Shown here one piece after another: positions 1-13,934 of a stretch of 64,000 nt of DNA. Below the pieces are notes generated by a model. That model made no database searches, was not told the DNA's origin, and saw nothing but the letters and a program-made list of their open reading frames with translations. The stretch lies in NCBI RefSeq assembly GCF_009914755.1, contig NC_060940.1; one strand, written 5' to 3'. Position numbers and translations under genes: made by a program. The stretch is from the human T2T-CHM13v2.0 reference genome, Homo sapiens. Numbering within the stretch: the first letter of the stretch is position 1; every line of letters starts with the position of its first letter.

Positions 1-1249
1 ACAAAACCTTTCCAAGATCCTTTTTCAGTGGATTGTATTCTCTTTCCATTGAAGCAACTGAGTTTTCTATTTTCTTCCATTCTTCTTCTGCCAGTACTTA
101 TGGGTAGAAGAGCCTACTATGTGCCATGGGGACTACAAACATGAGTTTCTTCCCTAAAGGATTCTACTGTCCTCTAGAGAAGACACACACATTACTCACA
201 TCCTTATAGTTAGAGTCACTTAATATTATCTTCTCTGGTAGACCACAGTGATCTTGATATTACAAATTATATTTTAACCACCTTTGTGTTCTTCTTCAGC
301 ACATACTACATCAATTATCAATTATAGTGAGTGCTTACAATATTTGATAAATGAAGGAATACAGTAGGTAATACTTATTGTATACTTACTAAGTGAAGGT
401 TGCTAGGGTAGGTATAAAGTGGGGTGGCAAAAGAACAATAAGATGTGGCCTTTAGTGCTGGGTAACTCCTCTGTTTGTTGTTGCATATTCCTACAAATAA
501 AACAAAAAAATTTTGTCTTCAAATACATAAAAAACAATAAGCCAACTCTGTACCATTCCCTAAATGCATGCTTGGGGTGGAGGTGCAGAGAGGTGGATTG
601 TGCAACTTTGCTAGGTGACTATCTGCTCATTTAGATGTAAGTTCTGGTCTTTTTGTTGCATTTCCAGTGTGGCAGGACAAGACTTTAAAGTATTTGTGTG
701 GTGCAGAATAGGGGTTAGTTGGGGCCAGTATTTATACAAGCAATGAATTTCCAGTAATTTAGGAAAGAATGCTAACTATAGCCTGAGAAACAAAGAAGAA
801 TTATAGAGTCAGGTGAGCACAGGGCCTGAAGCACAGTTAGGGCTCAATCAATATTTGTTAGGAAGGAAGAAAGGAAGAAGAAAGAAAGGAAACAAGCGAA
901 GGCAACCACCATGTGTCTAAATAAACAGAAGCAACTGAGTAAGAGCAAGACCAAAATTGAGTCAATAAATGTGAACCAAAATTAGAAAGCAGTAAGGCAA
1001 ATGAGATATTACTCTTATAATTATTATTTTATTAACAATACTATAACAACTTAATGTGTTTTTCTTCTTGCACTAGGAATCTCACATATATTAACACATT
1101 TATTATTTAGAAGAGCATTTAATTAGAGCTACCATTGTAATTACTTTATGGATGAAGAAATTAGGCTTAGAGGGAAAAGAAGTTTGCCAAAGCTCGCACA
1201 GGTAGCAAATGGCAAATGTGGCATCCTGTCCTCTAAATTATTCAAGATG

Positions 1250-2022
1250 AGACTCTTCCTGGAGAACATAGATGCTGATCATACCTAGGCCACATCACCT
1301 CAACCCATCCTTTTCAGCCCAGTGGAGGTGGACAGTTCCTGTTCCTGCCCCTATCTCACTCAAGCATTTCCATGTGGGTCATATTCTCTTCTGCCTCAGG
1401 ACTCTCTCGAAAGCCATGGAAGGATAGTCAACTGCCTTATCCCAGATGTGCAAGAGAACAATCCTTCAACAGGGAACGAGAGCTGGTTGAAAAGTCACCA
1501 GAGGCTGGGTGTGGTGGTTCATGCCTGTAGTTCCAACACTTTAGGAGACCGAAGCAGGAGATTTACATGAGGCCATGAGTTTGAGATCAGCCTGGGCAAC
1601 ATAGCAAGACCCTGTGTCTCCAAAATAAAAATAACTAGGCACAGTGGCATGTGCCTGTGGTCCTAGCTACTTGGAAGGCTGAGGTGGGAGATTTGCTTGA
1701 GCCCAGGAGTTCAAGGCTGCAGTAAGCTATGATTGCATCGCGGCACTCCAGCTTGGGTGACAAAGAACGATTCTGTCTCAAAAAAGAAAAAAGAAAAAGG
1801 CACCAGACTGTTGCCCTTTAGCTGCACAATTCTACATGGGTTCTCAGAAGTTCCCTGGTAGTTCTGAGCTCCAGTTGACCGAAAGGTAAACAGCTCAATA
1901 ACCCAGACCTGCTTTCTCCTCATTCCTGTTTTGCTCCTGGCCTTCCACACTCCTGCTTCTGACATCACCTGCACTCTAATCCTTGTCTCAGGTTCTGCTT
2001 TCAGGGGAGCCCACATCAAGAC
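1250..2022 (+). mobile_element. Old ERVL-type solo LTR (LTR16/LTR33-like), interrupted by an AluJ
   Basis: The 3' end 'aatccttgtctcaggttctgctttcaggggagcccacatcaagac' resembles the LTR16/33 terminus. The left boundary is approximate. Confidence 0.5.
1503..1798 (+). mobile_element. AluJ
   Basis: Dimeric Alu with J-type 'ttgagcccaggagttcaaggctgcagt' and A-rich tail. TSD-like aaaagtcaccaga / aaaaggcaccaga. Confidence 0.9.
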
Positions 2023-2166
2023 GCTGGTTAATCACCCTGCCAGTCACATCAAGATCAAACTCCATAGGGCATCTTAAAGGAACACCAGGTATCTGAATCT
2101 GTTAAGCCATCAATATCACTGCTTGAGAATTATAACTTGTGCGATAGGGAACGATGTGTGTTATTT

Positions 2167-2482
2167 TTCTTTTCTTTCTTTCTTTCTATTTTTTTTTTTT
2201 CTGAGACAAGGTCTTGCTCTGTCACCCAGGCTGGAGTGCAGTGGTGCAATCATACCACACTGCAGCCTTGACCTCCCAGGCTCAAGCGATCCTCTCACCT
2301 CAGCCTTCTGAGTAGCTGGCACTGCAGGCATGCACCACGCCGGGCTAATTTTTCAAAATTTTTTTTTGTAGAGAAGAGGTCTCGCTATGTTGCACAGGTG
2401 GGTCTCAAACTCCTGGACTCAAGTGACCCTCTTTCCTCAGCCTCCCAAAGTGTTGGGATTATGGTGAGTCACTGAGTTCGAC
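2167..2482 (-). mobile_element. AluJ
   Basis: Poly-T followed by antisense Alu with J diagnostics ('cactgcagccttgacctcccaggctcaagcgatcctc'). Confidence 0.9.
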
Positions 2483-2752
2483 TTCTTCCTCGCCCCTAAA
2501 AACAATAGTACCTTTTAGGAGGAAGGATGTGTTTTTTAAAAGCTCACCTTTTGGTGTTCCAGTGGTGATTAAAGTCATCTGGACCTTTTTTGTTTCCTTG
2601 TGCTTCTATGTTCCTTTAATTGGAACTCGTGGGATTGATTTCTAGAAAATGGTGCTTATTTAAGGAAAAAGCAAGGAGGAAATAAAGGCAACTGTGTGTG
2701 CTCCAACTTTGAAAAATGGATTTTGGATTGCTGAGCGGGTCATGACTGTTAG

Positions 2753-2771
2753 TGGACACGAGGGGGCAGCC
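2753..2771 (+). promoter_or_regulatory. Candidate CTCF site within a CpG-retaining element (2730-3160)
   Basis: TGGACACGAGGGGGCAGCC closely matches the CTCF core CCACNAGGGGGCRS. 13 CpGs lie in ~430 bp of non-repeat sequence. Confidence 0.45.
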
Positions 2772-3229
2772 TCATCCCGGGCTCTGAGGGAAGAGCTACG
2801 GCTTCTTTTTTCCTCCTGTGCACAGTAAGTAAAACTCAACAGTTTTGTGGAAGCAGATGGATTTTTTTTTCTTTTCCTTTATGAAGGACTTGAGTGAGGG
2901 ACCAGGGTTCACTCTGCCGCACATCACAGGGAGTGTGCGTCTTCGCGTCTCGCCTCTGAGGGCCTTTTGATTATGGGGAAGAGGCACCAACTCCAAACAC
3001 ACTGCGTCTAAGGACGCTGAGAGTCACCTCACTTCCTTTGTTATTTTCAAGCACTGTCAAAGAACTGCTGTGTGTGAGAGAAAAAAGCACAGAGCTCCTC
3101 CTGGAAAGGAGCGGGGTGGACTGTTCCTTTGCAAACATTCCTCCTCTTGCCCGGTGACCTCATCCAATTCCATGACTTTTTAATAACAGCTCTAAGGTAG
3201 TAACTCCCAATTGGATGCCCCTGTCCCAA

Positions 3230-4030
3230 ACATCTTCCCGGAATACCAGGTTTGTATATTTCTATATCCAGTCATCTAGCTGGTATCTCACATGGGTATC
3301 TTATAGCCATCTGCATTTGGCCCAGAAGAACTATTTCTTTCTTCCTCTTTTTTTAAAAAAATTTTTCAGGGATACATGTGCAGGTTTGTTACCTAGGTAA
3401 CAAACATAGGGGGCTTGTTGTACAGATTATTTCATCACCTGGGTATTAAGCCTAGTACCCATTAGTTATTCTTCCTGATCCTCCTGTCTCCTTTAATCCA
3501 GTCTCTGCACATCTGCCAGGATGATCTTTTTAAGAGAATTCAGATCACTCCTTGTTTAAAACCCTCCAGTAGATTCTATTTCACTTGTAATAAAATTCAT
3601 ACACCCTATCACGGATGTGCAGAGTCCTGTATTATCTACCCATGCCCTGCTGCACCTCCGTCATCATTCGTCAGCAGCCTCAGGCCTTGGCACCAACCAT
3701 CCCTGTCTGCTTTTATGCCCTCTCTCTGGTTCTCACATGAATCGCCTGCATGCCATTCAAGTCTCAGCTGAAATGTCACCTTTCAGGGAGAGCTTCCCTG
3801 GTCGTTCCATCTGTAATAGTCAGCCAGTCACTATCACATTCCTCTGTTTTAATTCTCTGTAAGTACTGATCCCAGATGCAGCTTTCTTGCTGCTTTGTTG
3901 GTTTTATTGTCTATTTTCCTCCACTAGAAGGGAAGCTCCATTACATCGTGTCTTCTTTGGATACTCAACCACTTCCCAGTGACTGAACAAGGTCCAACAC
4001 ATGTAAGAGGCCCATTCAATAATTAACTGG
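3230..4030 (+). mobile_element. L2 remnant interrupted by a short L1 3' fragment (~3345-3485, minus)
   Basis: L2-type phrases ('gatctttttaaga...cagatcactccttgtttaaaaccctccagt'). The internal 'gatacatgtgcaggtttgttac...catcacctgggtattaagcctagtaccc' is antisense L1 3'UTR. Confidence 0.65.
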
Positions 4031-4174
4031 ACAGCTAAATGACTAAGTGGGTGGAGAAAGCACATCTGACCCTGTGAGGATGGACAGCGGGGTCCTCTAC
4101 TATTACCTTTCTCTTTGACCTTAGGCAAGTCATTTCTTTTCTCTGGGCACCAGTTTTCTCTTTCAGGTTAATAA

Positions 4175-4502
<328 letters not shown>

Positions 4503-4627
4503 CCTGTGATATGTTTATTCTAATTCACAAGTATACTTCTCAGGAACTTCTGTAGAAGTTTTTGAGGCATTGGGAGTAGAAAAGTCTCTTGCTGATGAAG
4601 AGTTTTGAACACTGTTGAAGCTGGTAG

Positions 4628-4976
<349 letters not shown>

Positions 4977-5769
4977 TAGGTCAGGCTGCCTTTTTCTAAG
5001 CCTTTGGTTAGCGGTTCCTGGTTTGAAATTCTGGACCTGCTATTTCAGAAACAACTTAAGCACAGCAGAACTGTTCCATCTTATTGCACTTTAGGTGTGA
5101 TGTAAATGAGGCAACAATTACAGACCCACACTCTTTAGGATGTTAAAGTGCTACTCATAACTAACCAGGAAAGGTCACCAAATAAATACTTTGACGTTTG
5201 CTAAGAAGGGAGATTAGTGAAAGCCTTGACCCTGTGTTCATCCAGATCCCAGGATGTAGGAATGTTTTTATTCCCTCTCAATTCCTTTGATGCTCTGGGA
5301 TTCTGATGTGCTTCTAAGCTTTAATTTCTTGAAAAGCCCTTTCATCAACCCTGTTGACTGTACTCTAAGATTCCCTCCTCCCCCCTCCCCTACATTTGGG
5401 TCAGCCTGTACCAAAGGAGAAGGTTATCTGGGCTGTTAAACCTTTGACTCGGTGTCTTTTGAAGAGCGCATTTTGCATTTTGTTATGTCAGGATTGTAAT
5501 TAGATCCGTTAATTAAGGGAAGAATGAACTTTTCCCAAACTCTGCACCTCTTTGAATTTTTGATAAGTTTGCTTAGGTTGCTGCTGACCTTTGCTAAGGG
5601 GTATGCCACTGCTCATTAATTGGCAAATTTTAATGAGGAGAGTTGATGAATGTGCTGGCCTTGACAGTAAATAAAGCTGGCTACCACTCCAGGCTTTACC
5701 ACCTTTGGCTACTTCAAAGTGTGTAGTGTTTCTTGACTAGTGACCATTAAACTTGGGACACTTCAGATG

Positions 5770-6510
5770 ACATTTTCCCATATAACTGAGCGAGGGCTTC
5801 CTTACCCAGGCACTGTTCCAGATAATTCCTTACCACTATCTCATTTTAGGCTTATGGGAATCTGTTATACTTGTTTCATGGAAGGGAAAACTGAGGCATA
5901 GGGAGAGTGATAACTTGCATAGGACATGTAACTAAGTTAATAATGATGATAATAATAGCCGATGTTCAAGTTCTACTTATGTGCTAGGTAGTCTCCCAAG
6001 CTGTTTTTTTTTTTTTTTTTTTTTTTTTTTTGAGATGAAATCTCACTCTGTCACCCAGGCTGGAGTGCAGTGGCACCATCTTGGCTCACTGCGAACTCCG
6101 CCTCTGCGTTCAAGTGATTCTCCTGCCTCAGCCTCCCTAGTAGCTGGGATTACAGGCATGTGCCACTACACCCGGCTAATTTTTGTATTTTCAGTAGAGC
6201 TGGGGTTTCACCATGTTGGCCAGGCTGGTCTTTAACTTCTGACCTCAGGTGATCCACCCACCACAGCCTCCCAAAGTGCTGGGATTACAGGCATGAGCCA
6301 CCGTGCCTGGCCCCTCCCAAGCTCTTGTAAGTGTTGTATCACTTAATACTCAGAACATTGTTATGAGATAGGCACTGTTTTTGCCCCATTTTACAATGAA
6401 GTACTAGAGACAAAGAGCTGGAGTAATTTGTCCAAAGTCACACAACTTACAAATGGTAGAATCAGGATTTAAACCCAGTCTGTAGGAATAAGGCTCTCAA
6501 CCATACTAAG
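5770..6510 (-). mobile_element. MIR remnants interrupted by AluS (6004-6312, minus)
   Basis: MIR core ('ccccattttacaatgaagtactagagaca...gtaatttgtccaaagtcacacaact'). The Alu has TSD ctcccaagct. Confidence 0.8.
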
Positions 6511-6611
6511 TGGGTTGCAGGCCAGAATTCCAACCAAGGTCAGCTTCATTTTAAAGCACATAGTCCTTTCTCTTCACCCATTTGCCCCATTGATTTAGCT
6601 TTACTGAGGGT

Positions 6612-6774
6612 ATGTGTGCGTGTGTTTGTGTGTGTATGGGTGTCTGTGTGTGTGTATGTTTGAACTTGGATTGTTTTAATTCCCTGAGCATAATTCTTCT
6701 GGAGTTATAACAACATCTAGAATATTCTCTGTGATTACAAGTATTTAGAGTACAAAGGAAAATACAATTGAGAT

Positions 6775-6824
<50 letters not shown>

Positions 6825-6880
6825 ACAGACAGACACAGACACACATAGACACACACACACACATTCTCTCTCTCTGTCTC
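6612..6880. repeat. Imperfect (TG)n and compound (TC)n(CA)n(GACA)n microsatellites
   Basis: Visible at 6612-6660 and 6775-6880. Confidence 0.95.
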
Positions 6881-7147
6881 AGATTTCTCTGCTCAAACAT
6901 AAAATTTTTACTGTCCCTGGAAACGGAGTGAACTGTGACACTTCAGAATATAATCAGAGGTACAATATTTAACAGATAGAATTGGGTGATGAAAGATTTA
7001 CTTAGTGATCACAGTCTGGGATGTAAATTTTGTTATACTCACTATGACTCCCTGGATTATAGTGAGTGAGAAAGTATTTTCTCTTTGGGGGTCATTGGTG
7101 GGAGATGGAATAAGCCTGAGGAGCGCAGTCATAAGTAACTCTTCAGT

Positions 7148-7550
<403 letters not shown>

Positions 7551-9177
7551 TAACGATGATAAAATATAGTGCTGACATCACTTTACCCCTTGCTTAACAC
7601 TTGCACTCCTAACAGTCTACAATCGCAATTACTCCCCAAAATAATTATTAAATACTCAACAGTTTAAAATACACCCCAGCATCCACAGTTGCCACAAAGA
7701 TTCCTCACTTTTTTTTTTTTTTTGCTAAAGACATCCTCTCTTGCAAAATGTCACCATTTTTAGAATTTCTGTCTCTGAACATTGTCCTAAGTGACTTCTT
7801 TGAAATTTCTTCCAACTGTTGCTGAAGATAATTTGACATCACTGGGGAGCCTCGTTCATTTGGGGAAATGCCATACTCATTTCATCCTCATCATGTTCTG
7901 TTATGCCTGCTTTATACAGGGGAGACACTGAGGTAGAGGGAATGTTGGTGTCTTGCCCAGGGCACCACTTAGCAAATACTTTGTCAAAGTGTGCTGATTA
8001 TAAATATCAAAATAAGCCTGTGTATTTGGGTATACACCTTATGATCTGCTAGCATGGTGAAAGCTCCTATTATCCTTAGAGCCAGGTACACGGGCTACCT
8101 TATTCAAAAGGGGATTCTTTCACATACCGAGAGGAGGAAGAACTTGCTCAAAATCATACTTTAAGTTAATATCAGAGACATCTCTGGAACTCAGCTGTCT
8201 GAGTCCCAGAAAATAGTATTTCTGATTAGAAATATGTCCTGAACTCATGGAAAAAGTTATGATAAACTGGGGTTTCTCAGGAAGCGGTGGAAGCAAATCT
8301 CCCTTCCACCAGCTATGGCCTTGCCCTTTTGTTGAGACAGTGAAAGAGTTGGCTATAAAAGTGAGAAAAGAGTGCTGGGATTGTCAACACGGAGCTCCAG
8401 GAAGGTTTTTATAGTGAGGGCAGTGAATGAAGCCTTGGAAAATGAATTAGATTTCTGTTTCTAGATGTGTGCTTCCTATCCCATCAAAAGCTTACTTCCC
8501 CTCTTGCTATAACATGAATAAAAAGAGGGCAACACATCTTCAGGAAACCTGGTACGCCAAGAAAAATCTTCACGGTGTTCTGGTTTCTTAGCTCCTGTTG
8601 CAGAGTGAAGAAATGAGTGCATTTTATTTTCTATTGGTTGTGAAAAAACCAAAGCCATAAATGGGTTAAAAATAAAATCAAATAAAACAAAATCCAGAAT
8701 ATCTGTGACTATGTCATTCTAGTTCTGGATACTGGATGAATCAGCAAATTGGTAGTATTAGGCTTCATAGTGTTTGCAAGGAGGTGGACTGTTTTCCCAG
8801 GGAGTTCTCAAGTTTAAACCCAGGAGGGTTATGAAGTCACATTGTTATTATAGTTTGAACACAGCAGTCCTGTCTTCCAGGACAAGAATCACAACTTTTT
8901 ATGAGTGTTGAATCAAGAGGCAAGGGCCAACTTTTCAAGTAGTGGAAATGCTGCCTATTAAAGTTTATTAAAAACAGAGAAGTAAAAAGCCTAGTTATTC
9001 TTGTTTATGCTCTTGACTTCAAATTCCTCTCCAGAACCATCATCTGGATCTACAAACCCGTGTTTGTCCTTGCCAGCATTTCAACTGAATTAATATGAGT
9101 AAAACATACGACATCATCTCTTGAAAATATATGTTGTTTCTTGGAATTGAGTCTGGTGTGCCTTTGTTGGGGGCCAT

Positions 9178-9653
9178 GTAGTCTGAATTCTCCCAAGAGA
9201 GGCTTAGACATGAACTTGAGTGGGTAGTTTACTAGGGAAGCAGGAATAAGGGAGTGGGAAGAGACAGACAGGGAATGAGAAAAATCAGTGCAAGCATTAT
9301 CAAGGTCAGTGCTGTGGGGTGATGGGGATTCAATTCTGCTGGGAACGTCTGAGAAGGTTGCAGAATGCCTCTCTTATCCGAGGGGAGGGATGCTGGAGAA
9401 TTCATCCACATACCTCATCCCCCATTGTTTGAGGTTGTCTTGAGGGTTGGAAAGCACGAACTTACCTGCAGTTTTATGTAGGCTAAGTGGCAACTTAAGG
9501 ACTAGAGAACTTCCAGGGCAGACAGAGAACACAGTGCATCTTGAGGCAAGATGCTGCCTGTGATGTTAGCCTGAGTTCACATAAAACTGTCCACTCAGCT
9601 GCTACTGAATCACACGTAGATCAAGAGAGTGTGACTGCTGTAGTCTGCAACCA
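9178..9653 (-). mobile_element. Old ERVL-type solo LTR (LTR33/LTR16-like)
   Basis: Starts 'tgtagtctgaattctcccaagagaggcttagacatgaacttgagtgggtagttta', resembling the reverse LTR33 3' end, and ends '...caaccaca'. Confidence 0.5.
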
Positions 9654-9989
9654 CAAATGAGATATATATCTGTAAGTACAGTGTCAGGCTTGGGATGAAT
9701 GGGCTCAGTTTACAAATACTGTCTTAGTCTGCTTTTGTGCTGCTATAAGAGAACACCATAGACTGGGTAATTTATAAGAAAATAGAAATTTATTTCTCAC
9801 AATCCTAGAGGCTGAGAAGTCCAAAATCCAGGCATTGGTGAGGGCTGCATCCTCTGGAGGGAAAGAACACTATGTCCTTATATGGAGGAAGGTGAAAGGG
9901 CAAGCTAACTGAGTTCTGCATGGACTCTTTTATGAGAGCCTTAATCCCATTCAAGAGGGAGGAGCCCTCATGGCCTAACAACCTTAAAA

Positions 9990-12885
9990 AAATTTTTTTT
10001 TCAAATATATCTTATTTTAGATTTGGGGGTACATGTGCTTGTTTGTTACATGGGTATATTGCATACGAGTAGGGATTTGGCTTCTAGTGTACCCAATACC
10101 CCGATAATGAACATTGTACTGGATAGGTAATTTTCAACTCCCCCTCACACGCTCTCCCCCTCTTTGGACTCCCTAGTGTCTATGGTTTCCATCTTTATGA
10201 CCATGAATACCTATTGTTTAGCTCCCACTTATAAGTGAGAACATTTGGTATTTGGTTTTCTGTTTCTGAGTTAGTTCACTTAGCATAATGGCCTTCAGTT
10301 CCATCCAAGCTGCTGCAAAAGACACTATTTCATTCTTTTTAGTGGCTGCATAGTATTCCATTTTGTATGTATACCACATTTTCTGGTCAACTGTTGATGG
10401 ACAATTAGGTTGGTTCCATGAGTTTACTATTGTAAATAGTGCTGTGATGAACATATGAGTACAGGTGTCTTTTTTTATACAAAGACTTTTTTCCTTTGGG
10501 TAGATACTCAGTAGTGGGATTACTAGGCTGAATGGTAGTTCTATTTTTAGCTCTTTGAGAACTCTGCATACTGTTTTCCATAGTGATTGAACTAATTTAT
10601 ATTCTCAACAAAAATGTATGTGTTTCCTTTTCTCCACAGCCTTGCCAACACCTGTTATTTTTTGACTTTTTAGTAATATCCATTTTGATTGGTGTAAGAT
10701 GATATCTCATTGTAGTTTTAATTTACATTTCTTTGAAGATTAGTTATGTTGAACATTTTCTTCATGTGTTTGTTGGCTGTTTGTATGTCTCCTTTTGAGA
10801 AATGTCTGTTTATGTCCTTTGCCCAGCTTTTTTTTAAAAACTTTTTTTTTAATATTTTAAGTTCCGGTGTACATGTGCAGAACGTGCAGGTTTGTTACAT
10901 AGGTATACACATGCCATGGTGGTTTACTGCAACCATCAACCTGTCATCAACAGTAGGTATTCCTCCTAATGTTATCTCTCCCCCCTCCTCCTACCCTGCC
11001 AAAAGGCCCCAGTGTGTGATGTTCCCCTCCCTGTGTTCATGTGTTCTCACTGTTCAACTCCCACTTATGAGTGAGAACATGCGGTATTTGGTTTTCTGTT
11101 CTTGTGATAGTTTGCTGAGAATGATGGTTTCCAGCTTCATCCATGTCCCTCCAAAGGACATGAACTCATCCTTTTTTATGGCTGCATAATATTCCATGGT
11201 GTATATGTGCCACATTTTCTTTATCCAGTTTATCATTGATGGACATTTGGGTTGGTTCCAAGTCTTTGCTATTGTGAATAGTGCCACAATAAACATACGT
11301 GTGCATGTGTGTTTATAGTAAAATGATTTATAATCTTTTGGGTATATACCCAGTAATGGGATTGCTGAGTCAAGTGGTATTTCTAGTTCTAGATCCTTGA
11401 GGAATCGCCACACTGTCTTCCACAATGGTTGAACTAATTTACACTCCCACCAACAGTGTAAAAGTGTCCCTATTTCTCCATATCCTTTCCAACATCTGTT
11501 GTTTCCTGACTTTTAAATGATCGCCATTCTAACTGGCATGAGATGGTATCTCATTGTGGTTTTGATTTGCATATCTCTAATGACCAGTGATGATGAGCAT
11601 TTTTTCATATATCTGTTGGCTGCATAAATGTCTTCTTTTGAGAAGTGTCTGTTCATATCCTTTGCCCACTTTTTGATAGGGTTGTTTTTTTCTTATAAAT
11701 TTGTTTAAGTTCTTTGTAGATTTTAGATATTAGCCCTTTGTCAGATGGATAGATTGCAGAAATTTTCTCCCATTCTGTAGGTTGCCTGTTCACTCTGATG
11801 ATAGCTTCTTTTGCTGTGCAGAAGCTCTTTAGTTTAATTAGATCCCATTTGTCAATTTTGTCTTTTGTTGCCATTGCTTTTGGTGTTTTAGACATGAAGT
11901 CCTTGCCCATGCCTATGTCCTGAATGGTATTGCCCAGGTTTTATTGTAGGATTTTTATGATCCTAGGTTTTACATTTAAGTCTTTGATCCATCTTGAGTT
12001 GATTTTTGTATAAGGTGTAAGGAAGGGGTCCAATTTCTGTTTTCTGCATATGCCTAGCCAGTTTTCCCAACACCATTTATTAAATAGGGAATCTTTTCCC
12101 CATTGCTTGTTTGTGTCAGGTTTGTCGAAGATCAGATGGTTGTAGATGTGTGGTATTATTTCTGAGGCCTCTGTTCTGTTCCATTGGTCTATATCTCTGT
12201 TTTGGTACCAGTACCATGCTGTTTTGGTTACTGTAGCCTTGTAGTGTAGTTTGAAGTCAAGTAGCATGATGCCTCCAGCTTTGTTCTTCTTTGCCAGGAT
12301 TTTCTTGGCTATGCAGGCTCTTTTTTGGTTCCATATGAAGTTTAAAGTAGTTTTTTCCAATTCTGTGAAGAAAGTCAGTGGTATATAGCTTGATGGGTAT
12401 AGCATTGAATCTATAAATTACTTTGGCTTTGCTGGGCTTTTAATGGCTTTGTTTTTTCTTACTGAATTGTTTGAGTTTAATGTACATTCTGAATATTAGT
12501 CCTTTGTTGGATACATAATTTGCAAATATTTTCTCCCATTCTGTAGGTTGTCTGTTTACTGTGATACTTCTTTTGCTGTGCAGAAGCTTTTTAGTTTAAG
12601 TTCCATTTGTTGATTTTTGTTTTTGTTGCATTTGCTTTTGAGGTCTTCATAATAAATTCTTTGCCTAGGCCAATGGCCAATGGCCAGAAGAGTTTTTCCT
12701 AGGTTCCCTTCCAGGATTTTTATAGTTTCAGGTCTTATGTTTGAATTTAGTTTCAGGTCTTATGTTTAAGTCTTTAATTCATCTTGAGTTAATTTTTTGT
12801 TTATGGTGAGAGACAGAACTCCAGTTTTATTCTTCTACCATATGGCAATTCAGTTTTTCCAGCACCATTTATTGAACAGAGTCCT
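9990..12885 (-). mobile_element. Older L1 (L1PB-like) 3' fragment, itself interrupted by an L1PA
   Basis: Antisense L1 3'UTR/ORF2 C-terminus (ORF 10218-10454, MFITALFTIVNSWNQP...). The element continues after 12427. Confidence 0.85.
10833..12426 (-). mobile_element. 5'-truncated L1PA (approximately L1PA7/8)
   Basis: ORF2 C-terminal fragments (11054-11425, 11653-11910, 11941-12405). Degenerate TSD ctttgcccagctttt / ctttgctgggctttt. Confidence 0.9.
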
Positions 12886-13134
12886 TTCCCTTTTAAAGGC
12901 CCCAGGTCTTAATACTATTATATTGGCAGCACCTGAATTTTGGAGGGGACTCATTCAAACCATAGCAGATACTATGAGCAAGTCAAATCCTGTAGCTGAA
13001 GAGGTCACGAGAGCAGATTCCTGGTGAGATGCAGGAAAACAGTCCAAGAGCAAAGACAGGAAGGAGGAAGGAAGTAGAAGTCAGGCAGAGTCTCAGGGAA
13101 GGCTGGCAGCAAAGAGTCAGCAGGTTGGGGTCAG

Positions 13135-13926
<792 letters not shown>

Positions 13927-13934
13927 ATGTCCTT

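Larger units (their letters stand above)
9720..12967 (-). mobile_element. MaLR (MST-type) solo LTR, split into ~9720-9986 and ~12889-12967 by nested L1s
   Basis: Begins 'tgtcttagtctgcttttgtgctgctataagagaacaccatagactgggtaattt'. It resumes after the L1 with 'ttaaaggcccc...cattcaaaccatagca'. Confidence 0.8.

Noticed and set aside
10218-12405. ORFs resembling a real protein (also 27159-27733, 29216-30317, 46408-47155, 62015-63728)
   Set aside because: These are fragments of L1 ORF2 in truncated, frameshifted copies. No intact ORF2 is present.
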